This document shows, one piece after another, positions 10,096-18,825 of a stretch of DNA of 64,000 bases (position 1 is the first letter of the stretch; each line of letters starts with the position of its first letter). The DNA is from Bacteroidota bacterium (GTDB taxonomy: Bacteria; Bacteroidota; Bacteroidia; UKL13-3): positions 248,823 through 312,822 of the forward strand of contig JAZKBU010000007.1 in NCBI GenBank assembly GCA_040388375.1, given 5' to 3'. The notes below the pieces were generated by a model. The model saw only the letters and a program-made list of their open reading frames with translations. It was not told the origin of the DNA and did not search any database. Position numbers and translations under genes: made by a program.

Positions 10096-11301
10096 TTAAG
10101 CTGTTTGTGATAATGCGGCTTGTATAGAAGTGCTCATTTTAGCTACTAAAGCTGTTAGCTCCTCTTGTGTCCAAGTGGCTTTAATACCGAATGATATTAA
10201 ACGGCCTACTGTTTCCTGTGTTTTTGGTATATCAAGGTTTTTGTAATCTTGCGGAGCCCCTAATAACTGTACGTTTGTTTTAGCAGCTACACGGCCTTCT
10301 TTAATATGATCCCATTGGTTAATAAAATGGTACATATTGGTAAACCAGTAGTTAAAGCCGGCTACACCATTTTTGTTAAACTCTTCTACAGTTGCTTTGG
10401 CAGCAGCTGTATTGGGCATTAATATATTTAAGAAGGTAGCTGAGTCGCCATTGGCATCAGGAATGGTGGCAAAGTTTACCCCTGCAATTTTTCCTAACTC
10501 GGCCATCATGTATTTTTTGTGTTTGTTGTTGGCTTCGCGAATCATAGGCACTCTGCGTGTTTGCGCCAAACCCACTGCTGCGTGCAACTCTGAAATGCGG
10601 TAATTAAAACCTAAAACCGGATGGTTTTCCATACCTCTGTTGCTGCCAACGTGGTCATGTCCGTGGTCGGCATAATTATCGGCTAATTTATAAGCGGTTT
10701 CATCGTTGGTTACCATTACGCCACCTTCGCCTGCGGTGGCTATTTTAAAGAAATCAAAACTATAGCAACCTGTTTTACCAAACAAACCTGTTGAAGTTCC
10801 TTTGTAGCTGGCTGCCATGGCCTGGCCTGCATCTTCTACCAAAACAAGGTTATGCTCTTTCACTACGGCCATTATTTCGTCCATTTGAGCCATTTGACCA
10901 CACATGTGTACCAAAACAATGGCTTTGGTTTTAGGTGTAATGGCTTTTTTAATACCTGCTGCGCTTAAGCAAAGGGTTTCATCTATTTCGGCAAAAACAG
11001 GTAATGCACCTGCAAATATAACGGCTTCAACAGTGGCTATATAGGTAAATGGAGGTACTATTACTTCATCGCCTGCGCCAACACCTGCTGCGGCTAATGC
11101 ACAACTTACGGCAGTACTGCCACTGCTTACGGCATGTGCATATTTAGCACCTACCAGTTTGGCTACTTCTGCTTCAAACTCTTTTGCTTTCCATATATTG
11201 TTGCGTTGTGCATCGTGGTTATAACGAAATAAAATACCTGTTTCTAATACATCGTTTACTTCTTTGCGCTCTTCTGCGCCAAAATATTCGTTTCCTGCCA
11301 T
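10096..11301 (-). CDS. DegT/DnrJ/EryC1/StrS-family PLP-dependent aminotransferase
   Basis: Length and conserved segments of sugar/cyclitol aminotransferases (family identified by the translation's overall match; no lysine motif pinpointed). First gene of the operon. Confidence 0.8.
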   Translation of the reverse strand: MAGNEYFGAEERKEVNDVLETGILFRYNHDAQRNNIWKAKEFEAEVAKLVGAKYAHAVSSGSTAVSCALAAAGVGAGDEVIVPPFTYIATVEAVIFAGALPVFAEIDETLCLSAAGIKKAITPKTKAIVLVHMCGQMAQMDEIMAVVKEHNLVLVEDAGQAMAASYKGTSTGLFGKTGCYSFDFFKIATAGEGGVMVTNDETAYKLADNYADHGHDHVGSNRGMENHPVLGFNYRISELHAAVGLAQTRRVPMIREANNKHKKYMMAELGKIAGVNFATIPDANGDSATFLNILMPNTAAAKATVEEFNKNGVAGFNYWFTNMYHFINQWDHIKEGRVAAKTNVQLLGAPQDYKNLDIPKTQETVGRLISFGIKATWTQEELTALVAKMSTSIQAALSQTA

Positions 11302-11390
11302 GTTTGTTAAATATTATTATGAATTAAAATTTTTATTGTACAAATATAATTTTTGGGTTGATTAAATGAAATGGGAATTGATGGATGGTT

Positions 11391-11424
11391 TATTTGTTAA
11401 CAGGTTGACTTGTTAACAGGTTGA
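11391..11424. promoter_or_regulatory. Tandem 17-bp direct repeat (TTGTTAACAGGTTGA x2) upstream of the DegT/FeADH/GNAT operon
   Basis: tttgttaacaggttgacttgttaacaggttgaaagg, about 90-125 nt upstream of the operon's first start codon. It contains GTTAAC palindromic cores. Confidence 0.4.
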
Positions 11425-11476
11425 AAGGGCCATTCAACTATTCAACATATAAACCAATCAACCCACCCTCAAAAAA

Positions 11477-11515
11477 AAAACCTGACCGAATTACTTCAAT
11501 CAGGGATTTTTTATA
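11477..11515 (-). terminator. Probable (bidirectional) terminator after gdhA
   Basis: Short stem CCCTGA/TCAGG(G) flanked by an A10 run on one side and a T6 run on the other. On the minus strand the hairpin is followed by T10. Confidence 0.5.
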
Positions 11516-11529
11516 GTTATTGGTTGTTA

Positions 11530-12807
11530 TTACAAACCAAATTTACCTCTTAATTTTTCTACTTCAGCTACGCGTTGTATTGATACTGCGTAAGCTGCTA
11601 TACGCATTGGTATATTGTATTTTAATGATGCTGCGTAAACACCTTCAAAAGCTGTTTTCATTACGCGGTCTGCTCTGCGGTATACACGCTCTTCTGTCCA
11701 GTAGTAACCTAAACGGTTTTGTACCCATTCAAAGTAACTTACAGTTACTCCACCTGCGTTGGCTAAAATATCAGGCACTACCATAATACCTTTTTCGTTT
11801 AATATATGGTCAGCACTGGCACTTGTTGGGCCATTAGCACCTTCTACTATAACTTTGGCTTTTATGCGGCTTGCGTTTTCTTCTGTAATTTGGTCTTCCA
11901 TAGCTGCCGGAACCAACACGGTAACATCTAATTCCAATAACTCTGCATTGGTAATTTTAGCCGCTTTATAACCTTCTAAAGTTCCGTTGTTTCCATCGCG
12001 GTAAGCAATGGCTGCAACTACATCTATACCTTCAGCATTGTAGTAAGCTCCGCTTACATCGCTAATAGCTACTATTTTTAAACCTTGTTGTGCTATTAAT
12101 TTAGCGCTGATTGAACCTACGTTACCAAAACCTTGTACCGCACAGGTAGCACCTATTGGCGAAATGCCTAATTTGCTTAAAGCGGCTCTGGTTGAAACCA
12201 TCACACCACGACCTGTAGCTTCCACACGGCCTAATGAACCACCTAAAACTATTGGTTTACCTGTAACTACTGCAGGCGATGAATGACCTACTAGTTTTGA
12301 ATACTCATCCATAATCCACGCCATTTCTTGCGGGCCTGTTCCCATATCAGGAGCAGGTATATCTTTATCGGGTCCAAATACATCAACCATTAAGTCGGTA
12401 TATGAACGGGTTAATCTTTCTAATTCGCCTTTGCTCATGCTGCGGGGGTCGCATTTAATACCACCTTTACCACCACCATAAGGAATACCTACTACGGCAC
12501 ATTTCCATGTCATCCATGCAGCCAAAGCTTTTACTTCGTCCAAGTGTACATCCATGCTGTAACGGATACCACCTTTACTTGGGCCTAGGTTAGCATTGTG
12601 TACTACCCTGAAACCTTCAAACACTTTCACTTTTCCATCGTCCATGGTAACAGGAATATTTACTATTACTGCTTTTTGTGGAGCTATTAATACGTTGTAA
12701 TCGCTTTCGTCAAGACCAATAATTTTAGCTGCCTGGTCAAATCTTTGTTTCATTGACTCGAATGGATTTTCTGAGCCATGTTTAATCACGTTATCTTTTT
12801 GTGACAT
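11530..12807 (-). CDS. gdhA: Glutamate dehydrogenase
   Basis: Glu/Leu/Phe/Val dehydrogenase signature (KGGIRYSMDVHLDEVKALAAWMTWKCAVVGIPYGGGKGGI) and a Rossmann fold (GFGNVGS). Confidence 0.9.
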   Translation of the reverse strand: MSQKDNVIKHGSENPFESMKQRFDQAAKIIGLDESDYNVLIAPQKAVIVNIPVTMDDGKVKVFEGFRVVHNANLGPSKGGIRYSMDVHLDEVKALAAWMTWKCAVVGIPYGGGKGGIKCDPRSMSKGELERLTRSYTDLMVDVFGPDKDIPAPDMGTGPQEMAWIMDEYSKLVGHSSPAVVTGKPIVLGGSLGRVEATGRGVMVSTRAALSKLGISPIGATCAVQGFGNVGSISAKLIAQQGLKIVAISDVSGAYYNAEGIDVVAAIAYRDGNNGTLEGYKAAKITNAELLELDVTVLVPAAMEDQITEENASRIKAKVIVEGANGPTSASADHILNEKGIMVVPDILANAGGVTVSYFEWVQNRLGYYWTEERVYRRADRVMKTAFEGVYAASLKYNIPMRIAAYAVSIQRVAEVEKLRGKFGL

Positions 12808-12932
12808 AGTTTTATTATTTATAGTTTAGTTAAAATAAAAGTGCTGGCAAACCTAAACATTTTTTATAAAAATGCTAATTATAATCGTTCAGTTATCCAC
12901 GCTTTATTGGGTATTATTTGTTTTTTTATATT

Positions 12933-13901
12933 TTATGAAATACGGGTCATTAAATCGTTGGCTGTTTGCCTTAAAACACTCAGCTTAGCCTCGCCTACAG
13001 TTAGCTTGTTTAAATGGTCAAAAGCAAGATCAAGGTATTGTTGTTTTTGGTTTTGCGCAAATTCCTCAATCATATATTTGGTATACAGGCTTAAAACAGT
13101 CTCTATTTTTTCTTCGGTATTATCGTTTTTAACAGCGGTTTCTATCAGCTTTTTATCGTCTTTGTTTACACAAGCCAGCAGCTCTATAAACAGCAATGTT
13201 TTTTTATTGGCTGCTATATCGCCTCCTATTTTTTTACCTACGGTAGTGCCTTCGCCAAAGCTGTCTAAAATATCGTCCTGTATTTGAAAAGCTATACCTA
13301 TGTTTTTACCAAACTCATACAGGTGTTGCGCTTCTTCTTTGCTTGCCCCTCCTATTAAAGCCCCTATTTGTAAGGAGCAGCCCAACAGTACGGCTGTTTT
13401 TAGTTTTATCATTTCAAGGTAATCGTTGTGCAGCACATTAGCCTGTGTTTCAAAATTCATATCTATCTGCTGCCCTTCGCATACCTCAATAGCGGTTTGG
13501 TTAAATACTTCGAGGAGTGATGATAAATCAGCAGAATCGGTTTTGCATAACAACTGGGTGGCTTTTATCATCATTAAATCGCCACTGAGTATGGCTATGG
13601 GCATATTCCATTTTTTATATACCGTTTCCTGCCCCCTGCGTAAAGGCGCATTGTCCATTATATCATCGTGTATAAGGGTAAAGTTATGGAATACTTCTAT
13701 GGCGTGGGCTGCATGCAGGGCTTTATCTACTTCGGTGCTGAATATATTGCAAGACATAAGGGTGAGTATGGGGCGCAAACGCTTGCCGCCCAATTGCATC
13801 ATGTATTGTATAGGTTGGTATAACTCTTTGGGATTACTACCGTAATTGGCCTCGTTGATATGGGCCATAAAAAGGTCGTACAGTTGCTGGTATGTTTTCA
13901 T
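12933..13901 (-). CDS. Polyprenyl diphosphate synthase (trans-isoprenyl synthase family)
   Basis: First Asp-rich motif (LIHDDIMD) and second Asp-rich motif (FQIQDDILD). Confidence 0.85.
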   Translation of the reverse strand: MKTYQQLYDLFMAHINEANYGSNPKELYQPIQYMMQLGGKRLRPILTLMSCNIFSTEVDKALHAAHAIEVFHNFTLIHDDIMDNAPLRRGQETVYKKWNMPIAILSGDLMMIKATQLLCKTDSADLSSLLEVFNQTAIEVCEGQQIDMNFETQANVLHNDYLEMIKLKTAVLLGCSLQIGALIGGASKEEAQHLYEFGKNIGIAFQIQDDILDSFGEGTTVGKKIGGDIAANKKTLLFIELLACVNKDDKKLIETAVKNDNTEEKIETVLSLYTKYMIEEFAQNQKQQYLDLAFDHLNKLTVGEAKLSVLRQTANDLMTRIS

Positions 13902-13941
13902 TAATTGCCTTGGTAAACGTAATTTTAAAAAGGGTTTGCTT

Positions 13942-15201
13942 TTAGTGTAATTGTTGTAATGCGGTTTCCAGTTTGCCTAACAATTCGGGTATATCGATTT
14001 CTTTTAAAGTGCCTACGGATATACGGTACCAATCGGTTCCGGCAGGGCAACCAAAAGCGGTAAAAGGCACTACGGCCAGTTGCGCGTGGTTTAACAGGAA
14101 GGCTGTAATCTGTTCTGTTTTTTCTATTTTAATACCTTCGGGTGTGGTTTTACCCATTAAAGCAAATTGGGCTGTTAGGTATATAGCGCCTTCGGGTGTA
14201 ATTAATTGTACGGGATATCCTTTTTGTTTCAAATCCTGAAAGCCTTTGTACAGGGCGTTAAAACGTATATCGAGCTTTTGTTTTAACTCGTTTAAAAAGC
14301 TGTTTAAAGCGGTATCGTTGTTTAAAAAGTTGGCTGTAGCCATTTGCTCGGCTTTGGGCGCCCAGGCTCCTATATGGCCTAGTATGGATTTCATGCGGCT
14401 TATTACATGGGCAGGGCCTAGGCTCCATCCTACTCTTACACCGGTAGCGGCTAAGCTTTTGCTAATGCCATCTACAAAAATGGTGTATGCTTTCATTTCG
14501 GGGCGCAGGCTTACGGGGTTGTAATGTTCTATGCCGTTGGTGCGCAACATCCAGTATATTTGATCGTATATAATGTACAGGGGCTTTTCGTCCGGGCCTC
14601 GTTTGTTGTTTTCGGCCAGTACCATATCGCATATGGCTTCGAGCTGGTCTTTTTTAAAGGTGGTGCCCGTTGGGTTGAGTGGCGAGCAAAGGGCTAACAA
14701 CACTGCTCCTTTTAAGTGCGGTGCCAGCTCCTCCGGTGTAGGCATAAAACCGTTTTCAGCACGGGTTTGTATTTCTACCTTTTGTGCATCGCTCAGATGG
14801 CAATAGTGGTTATTATTCCAGCTCGGTACAGGGTATATTACTTTGTCGTTTACATCTACTATGGTTTGGTATATGGCATGTATGAGCGGACGACCTCCAC
14901 CGGCTACCATTATTTCATCATCCGCAAAATCTATATGTTCGTATTTGCTGATGAATTGTTGTATGGCTTTTTTTAGCTCTAATACGCCATCGGCAGGCGG
15001 ATAATTGGTATGGTTATCCTGGTAAGCGTTAATGATTAGCTGCTTTAATTCATCGGGAATGCTGAACACATTGGGGTTAAAGTCCCCTATGGTCAGGTTG
15101 TATATTTGTTGTCCTTCGCGTATTTTCTGATTGATTTCATTGCCCAGTTTTATAATCTCTGAGCCTATTAAATTAGCTGCTTTGGTGGATACTTTTTGCA
15201 T
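13942..15201 (-). CDS. PLP-dependent aminotransferase, class I/II
   Basis: Fold-type I aminotransferase length and conserved segments, including a Lys-containing region (DGISKSLAATGVRVGW). Confidence 0.7.
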   Translation of the reverse strand: MQKVSTKAANLIGSEIIKLGNEINQKIREGQQIYNLTIGDFNPNVFSIPDELKQLIINAYQDNHTNYPPADGVLELKKAIQQFISKYEHIDFADDEIMVAGGGRPLIHAIYQTIVDVNDKVIYPVPSWNNNHYCHLSDAQKVEIQTRAENGFMPTPEELAPHLKGAVLLALCSPLNPTGTTFKKDQLEAICDMVLAENNKRGPDEKPLYIIYDQIYWMLRTNGIEHYNPVSLRPEMKAYTIFVDGISKSLAATGVRVGWSLGPAHVISRMKSILGHIGAWAPKAEQMATANFLNNDTALNSFLNELKQKLDIRFNALYKGFQDLKQKGYPVQLITPEGAIYLTAQFALMGKTTPEGIKIEKTEQITAFLLNHAQLAVVPFTAFGCPAGTDWYRISVGTLKEIDIPELLGKLETALQQLH

Positions 15202-15318
15202 GAACCGAAACTATTATTATTTTATAAAAGTAAATAATAAATATTTCAACAATGTTGGGAATACTTGCTACGCAGAACGAGCGGGCGCTTGCACCAGCAG
15301 TGAGGCCGCCAACAATCA

Positions 15319-16167
15319 TTAAGTTGTTTTGTAAATATACCACCCATTTCCTATTTCACGTACCATTATTACTCGATTTGCATTCATTTTTGGCAACTCT
15401 TTTTTATCTTTTACATATAGGTATCCAACGGTATTATCAATCATACCTCCAATTAAAAAGTTGATGCAGTTGCCTAATTCATAGCCACCTGTTGAAACAG
15501 AGGAAATAAACAATTTCCGATAATCTGTTTTTAAATTTTCAATCAGTTGTATACTTCTTTCTTCGTCTACTTTTTCTTTTTCGAGTTGTGTTAATGCTAA
15601 ATTTTTAAGTTGCTCAAAAGCTACTTGATTTGCTACAAAATGTTTGACGATGTTGTCGTCTAATTCAATTGTCAGTGTTGCATTGCCTAACTGAAAGTTA
15701 TAATCTTCCCATGACGTAAACATTGAAAAGCTATCTTTTTTCTTTTTTTTAGGCTTGGTAATAAAATCGTTTACTTGCTGTGTCGTCATATTTTCAAGTT
15801 CCGTTTTTATTTGTTGAATTATGCCTGTCATTGCCAATGCTCTAAAGGCATTCATTTTCCAAATTGCATCTTTTTCAAAGTACAAATAGGTATCAAGTCC
15901 TTTGCCTAATGAGTCTAAAATGGTCATTGCAACAACTGCTGTTTTCTGTGTCTGTTCAAGTACAATGAATTTTGTTGTAGCTCCTTTTTGTAAATCTTGC
16001 CCGTTGGGATGCCCTTTATATTCGCCAGTTATAAAATTGCCAATGGGTAATAAGCTGTCTTTGCTAAATATTTTTTTTGCTAAATCCAAAGGTTCATAAG
16101 CCTGCCCGTAAACGGTGCTTATTGTTTGCATTAGAAGTAGAAATATGATAGTTATTCGAGTAGTCAT
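15319..16167 (-). CDS. Hypothetical secreted protein (282 aa)
   Basis: N-terminal signal peptide (IIFLLLMQTISTVYGQA); no known motifs. Lies in the accessory island. Confidence 0.5.
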   Translation of the reverse strand: MTTRITIIFLLLMQTISTVYGQAYEPLDLAKKIFSKDSLLPIGNFITGEYKGHPNGQDLQKGATTKFIVLEQTQKTAVVAMTILDSLGKGLDTYLYFEKDAIWKMNAFRALAMTGIIQQIKTELENMTTQQVNDFITKPKKKKKDSFSMFTSWEDYNFQLGNATLTIELDDNIVKHFVANQVAFEQLKNLALTQLEKEKVDEERSIQLIENLKTDYRKLFISSVSTGGYELGNCINFLIGGMIDNTVGYLYVKDKKELPKMNANRVIMVREIGNGWYIYKTT

Positions 16168-16217
16168 AAAAAGAGTATTACTTTATGCTCGCATTTTTGC
16201 GAATAAGCATATTATTT

Positions 16218-16712
16218 TTAAGATAAGGTTATCTTTCCATTTTTAATGGTAAAGCTGTACAATTCAACAGTATCAACTGAAATGTTTTTAATTTTTCCGG
16301 CTGTCCAAGTTTTTAGTTCTGTAAATACAGCTACTATTTGGCTGTCCAGTTCTGTACTTTTTGTTTTATTGCTTATCTCACACTTTACAAGTTCGCCTTT
16401 ACAGTTTACAATTAAACTAACCATTCCCTTATCTTCATAATCTGGCTTATCTTTCAGAAAACTCACTTTAGCATTTAACTCCTGTATAATCTCTTCTTTG
16501 GTTTTAGTAGCTTGCGCTTTAACTTGTCCATTACCGGGAATTGGTAAAATAGCAATTACATTGGCATTGTCACAAACACCTTTTATGGGCTCTTTTACTT
16601 CCATTCTGGCAACCATATTATTTATTGAACTGCTTTTGGATGTTGCGCATGAGCTAATAATTCCGATGCTTATTAAGCCAATACAAATTGTTGTTAGTTT
16701 GTGTCTTTTCAT
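16218..16712 (-). CDS. Hypothetical lipoprotein
   Basis: Lipoprotein signal peptide with a lipobox Cys (IGIISSCATS). Confidence 0.5.
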   Translation of the reverse strand: MKRHKLTTICIGLISIGIISSCATSKSSSINNMVARMEVKEPIKGVCDNANVIAILPIPGNGQVKAQATKTKEEIIQELNAKVSFLKDKPDYEDKGMVSLIVNCKGELVKCEISNKTKSTELDSQIVAVFTELKTWTAGKIKNISVDTVELYSFTIKNGKITLS

Positions 16713-16813
16713 TTTTATCTACGGTTGCTGTTAACTTATTTATTAAGTTATATATTTCTCTTATTCGCAAAAGTATTTTATTATTCCACACCTCAAAATA
16801 CTGCGCAAAAAAA

Positions 16814-16837
16814 AAGGTTGGTGAGGACACCAACCTT
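16814..16837. repeat. REP-like perfect hairpin AAGGTTGGTG-AGGA-CACCAACCTT (family copy 1)
   Basis: 10-bp perfect arms downstream of the 16882 gene. The same sequence recurs at 22216-22239 and about 25340-25366; a degenerate copy sits at about 31968-31996. Confidence 0.75.
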
Positions 16838-16881
16838 GGACAAAACGCACTCGTTTCATCGCTAATCGCGAGGCCACTAAC

Positions 16882-17439
16882 TCAGCAATGGTTATTTTTG
16901 CTAAAGTCACGTTTAAAAAGTATCTTATTGTTTCGCGCAATATAGTCGCCTGATATAATCAAATAGGGATGATTAGGCGAATACCCTGCACTGCGGCTTC
17001 TTACCATTATTTTGTCGTTCACTTTCAGGCTTTTTAACTGCTCAAAATCCTTAGGCGTAAATTGCATCATGTATTCTTCGCCATTAATCCTGACGATAAG
17101 CCATTTTATTCCTGATGATTTCCCTTCGCGCTGAAAAGTAACGGAGGTTACCACGGCCTCCATATTGGTAAAATCTTTTATGTACTTCTTTATTTTATTA
17201 TGACTGGCATGCACCTTTTTACCTGCGGGAGAAACCTCCCATGCTTTGTAGTGTATACCGTCAGCAGAAGCTTCCCATTTTTTTCTTTCATCTGCCATGC
17301 GGGCTTCCCTGTCAGCAGTGGACAACGGCTTTGGAGATGGCTTGGTTTCATTTTTAATTTCACGATTGGCAAATACGAGTCCGCTCACCACAACCAGCAG
17401 TAAGATGAGCACATAGCTATTTTTTTTCATATGTTTCAT
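16882..17439 (-). CDS. Hypothetical secreted protein
   Basis: Signal peptide (VLILLLVVVSGLVFA); charged and hydrophilic. A REP-like hairpin follows at 16814-16837. Confidence 0.5.
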   Translation of the reverse strand: MKHMKKNSYVLILLLVVVSGLVFANREIKNETKPSPKPLSTADREARMADERKKWEASADGIHYKAWEVSPAGKKVHASHNKIKKYIKDFTNMEAVVTSVTFQREGKSSGIKWLIVRINGEEYMMQFTPKDFEQLKSLKVNDKIMVRSRSAGYSPNHPYLIISGDYIARNNKILFKRDFSKNNHC

Positions 17440-17694
17440 ATCCTTTCCAATTGATGCTACGAATCTAGTTTAATATTTTCCGGACTGAGCTGTAAATCTT
17501 GTTAATGAATTGTAAAAAGTATTTACTGAAACAATCCGCACTCGCCAGTGTTCCGCTAGTTAGTGCGGGTGCATTTATAGAAGGTTTGATATCGATATTG
17601 GTAACCGGCAGATATAATAAGAATATTCCCGCTGTTTTCATGAAAATTATCTACAATCAAATCCCCATCAATTGTTAAGCCGAGCCTATAGCGT

Positions 17695-18087
17695 TCAATA
17701 TGAACTTTGCTGTATAAAATGGGTACAATGGGTGGGACCTCCATTCTTTTCAAGATAAAATTCATAATAACCTTTTTTTGAAAAGCGTCCTGCATATGTT
17801 TTTGTGAATTCCTTACCTTTATACTTGAATGCAATTGTTAGTTGCTTGTTGCTATTAAAAAAAACATTTACACTGTCAATATTCCCTTTAGTTTCATGGA
17901 GTATTGTTAATAATTCATGGTGATCCTTGCCAAATTCTTTCTCCGGGCTGATTTTATAAGGAACGTTGGCAATTGTTGCTGAAAAAAGAGGGGTCAAGGG
18001 CTGCACTTTCGATTTTCTGACTTGTAAGCCCGATCCACAAGAACAGAAAAGCAAAACAGATAGCGTAATGGTTATTATTCTTGTCAA
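17695..18087 (-). CDS. Hypothetical lipoprotein
   Basis: Signal peptide followed by a CSCGSG lipobox-like motif. Confidence 0.45.
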   Translation of the reverse strand: MTRIITITLSVLLFCSCGSGLQVRKSKVQPLTPLFSATIANVPYKISPEKEFGKDHHELLTILHETKGNIDSVNVFFNSNKQLTIAFKYKGKEFTKTYAGRFSKKGYYEFYLEKNGGPTHCTHFIQQSSY

Positions 18088-18157
18088 GTTTTATGTTGTT
18101 TAAAATGCCCTATAACGTTTTACGGCTAAGTAGCCGTTAAATGATTGTTGTATTGCT

Positions 18158-18183
18158 AAGACGTTGTATGCAAAGTCTCTACG
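18158..18183. repeat. Palindromic element AAGACGTTG(T/C)ATGCAA(A/C)GTCTCTACG, two copies in the window
   Basis: Second copy at 37224-37249, whose core GACGTTGCATGCAACGTC is a perfect 18-bp palindrome. Both copies are intergenic. Confidence 0.6.
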
Positions 18184-18203
18184 TTTGTTGTTGCTTAGCA
18201 GTG

Positions 18204-18722
18204 CTACTGCCAGTTTTCTTTTTTTACGATGTATCTTCTATCCATACAGTTGTCGTCTGCGTTAAAAAATTCTTTCTGCATGGTAAAAAACTTGTTCAGT
18301 ATTTTAACTGATTTCACATTGTCAACGCATACATCAGCCGTTACCAATTCTGATTTCATTTGAACAAAACAAAAATCAATGAGTCCTTTGGCTATTTCGG
18401 TTCCATAACCGTTACCCCAGTATCTTTCTATAACCCGGTAAGCAATTTCATCTTCATTGGCATCGTTTTTTAAAACGCCACCAATGCCAATCAGGTTGTT
18501 ACTGCCTTTTTTGCAAAGGCTCCATATTTTTGTGTCGGATGTTTTTTCCAGTAAGATGAGGTTATTTAATTTGGCAAAACTCCCGGCTTTGTCGAAAGCT
18601 TTTTGAGGGATGGGGTTGGTTATATTGGGATTGCCCATTAGCTCAAAAAATGCGGCCTCGTCATTTTGTTCGAGTCTTCTTGCATAAAGTCTTTCCGTTT
18701 CAAATACCATAGTTAAAAGCAA
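18204..18722 (-). CDS. GNAT family N-acetyltransferase (RimJ/RimL-like)
   Basis: GNAT motifs (YRVIERYWGNGYGTEIAKGLIDFCF). Confidence 0.75.
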   Translation of the reverse strand: MLLTMVFETERLYARRLEQNDEAAFFELMGNPNITNPIPQKAFDKAGSFAKLNNLILLEKTSDTKIWSLCKKGSNNLIGIGGVLKNDANEDEIAYRVIERYWGNGYGTEIAKGLIDFCFVQMKSELVTADVCVDNVKSVKILNKFFTMQKEFFNADDNCMDRRYIVKKENWQ

Positions 18723-18769
18723 TCTAATACTATTTCACCAATCATCAAATGGGTTTTTATTTGCTTATT

Positions 18770-18798
18770 GGAACGAGCGGACGCTCGCACTAGCGGGG
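18770..18798. repeat. Palindrome-containing repeat GGAACGAGCGGACGCTCGCACTAGCGGGG (family copy; direct-repeat partner at 22277-22303)
   Basis: Near-identical copies at 22277-22303 (same orientation), and 27898-27919, 30265-30290 and 32375-32406 (inverted orientation). Confidence 0.7.
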
Positions 18799-18825
18799 TA
18801 CGAAGTATTGAACTATAAAAAAATG

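Noticed and set aside
14246-14976. Several plus-strand ORFs (14246..14524, 14573..14806, 14716..14976) inside the class I aminotransferase gene
   Set aside because: They are antisense shadow ORFs of a well-supported CDS.
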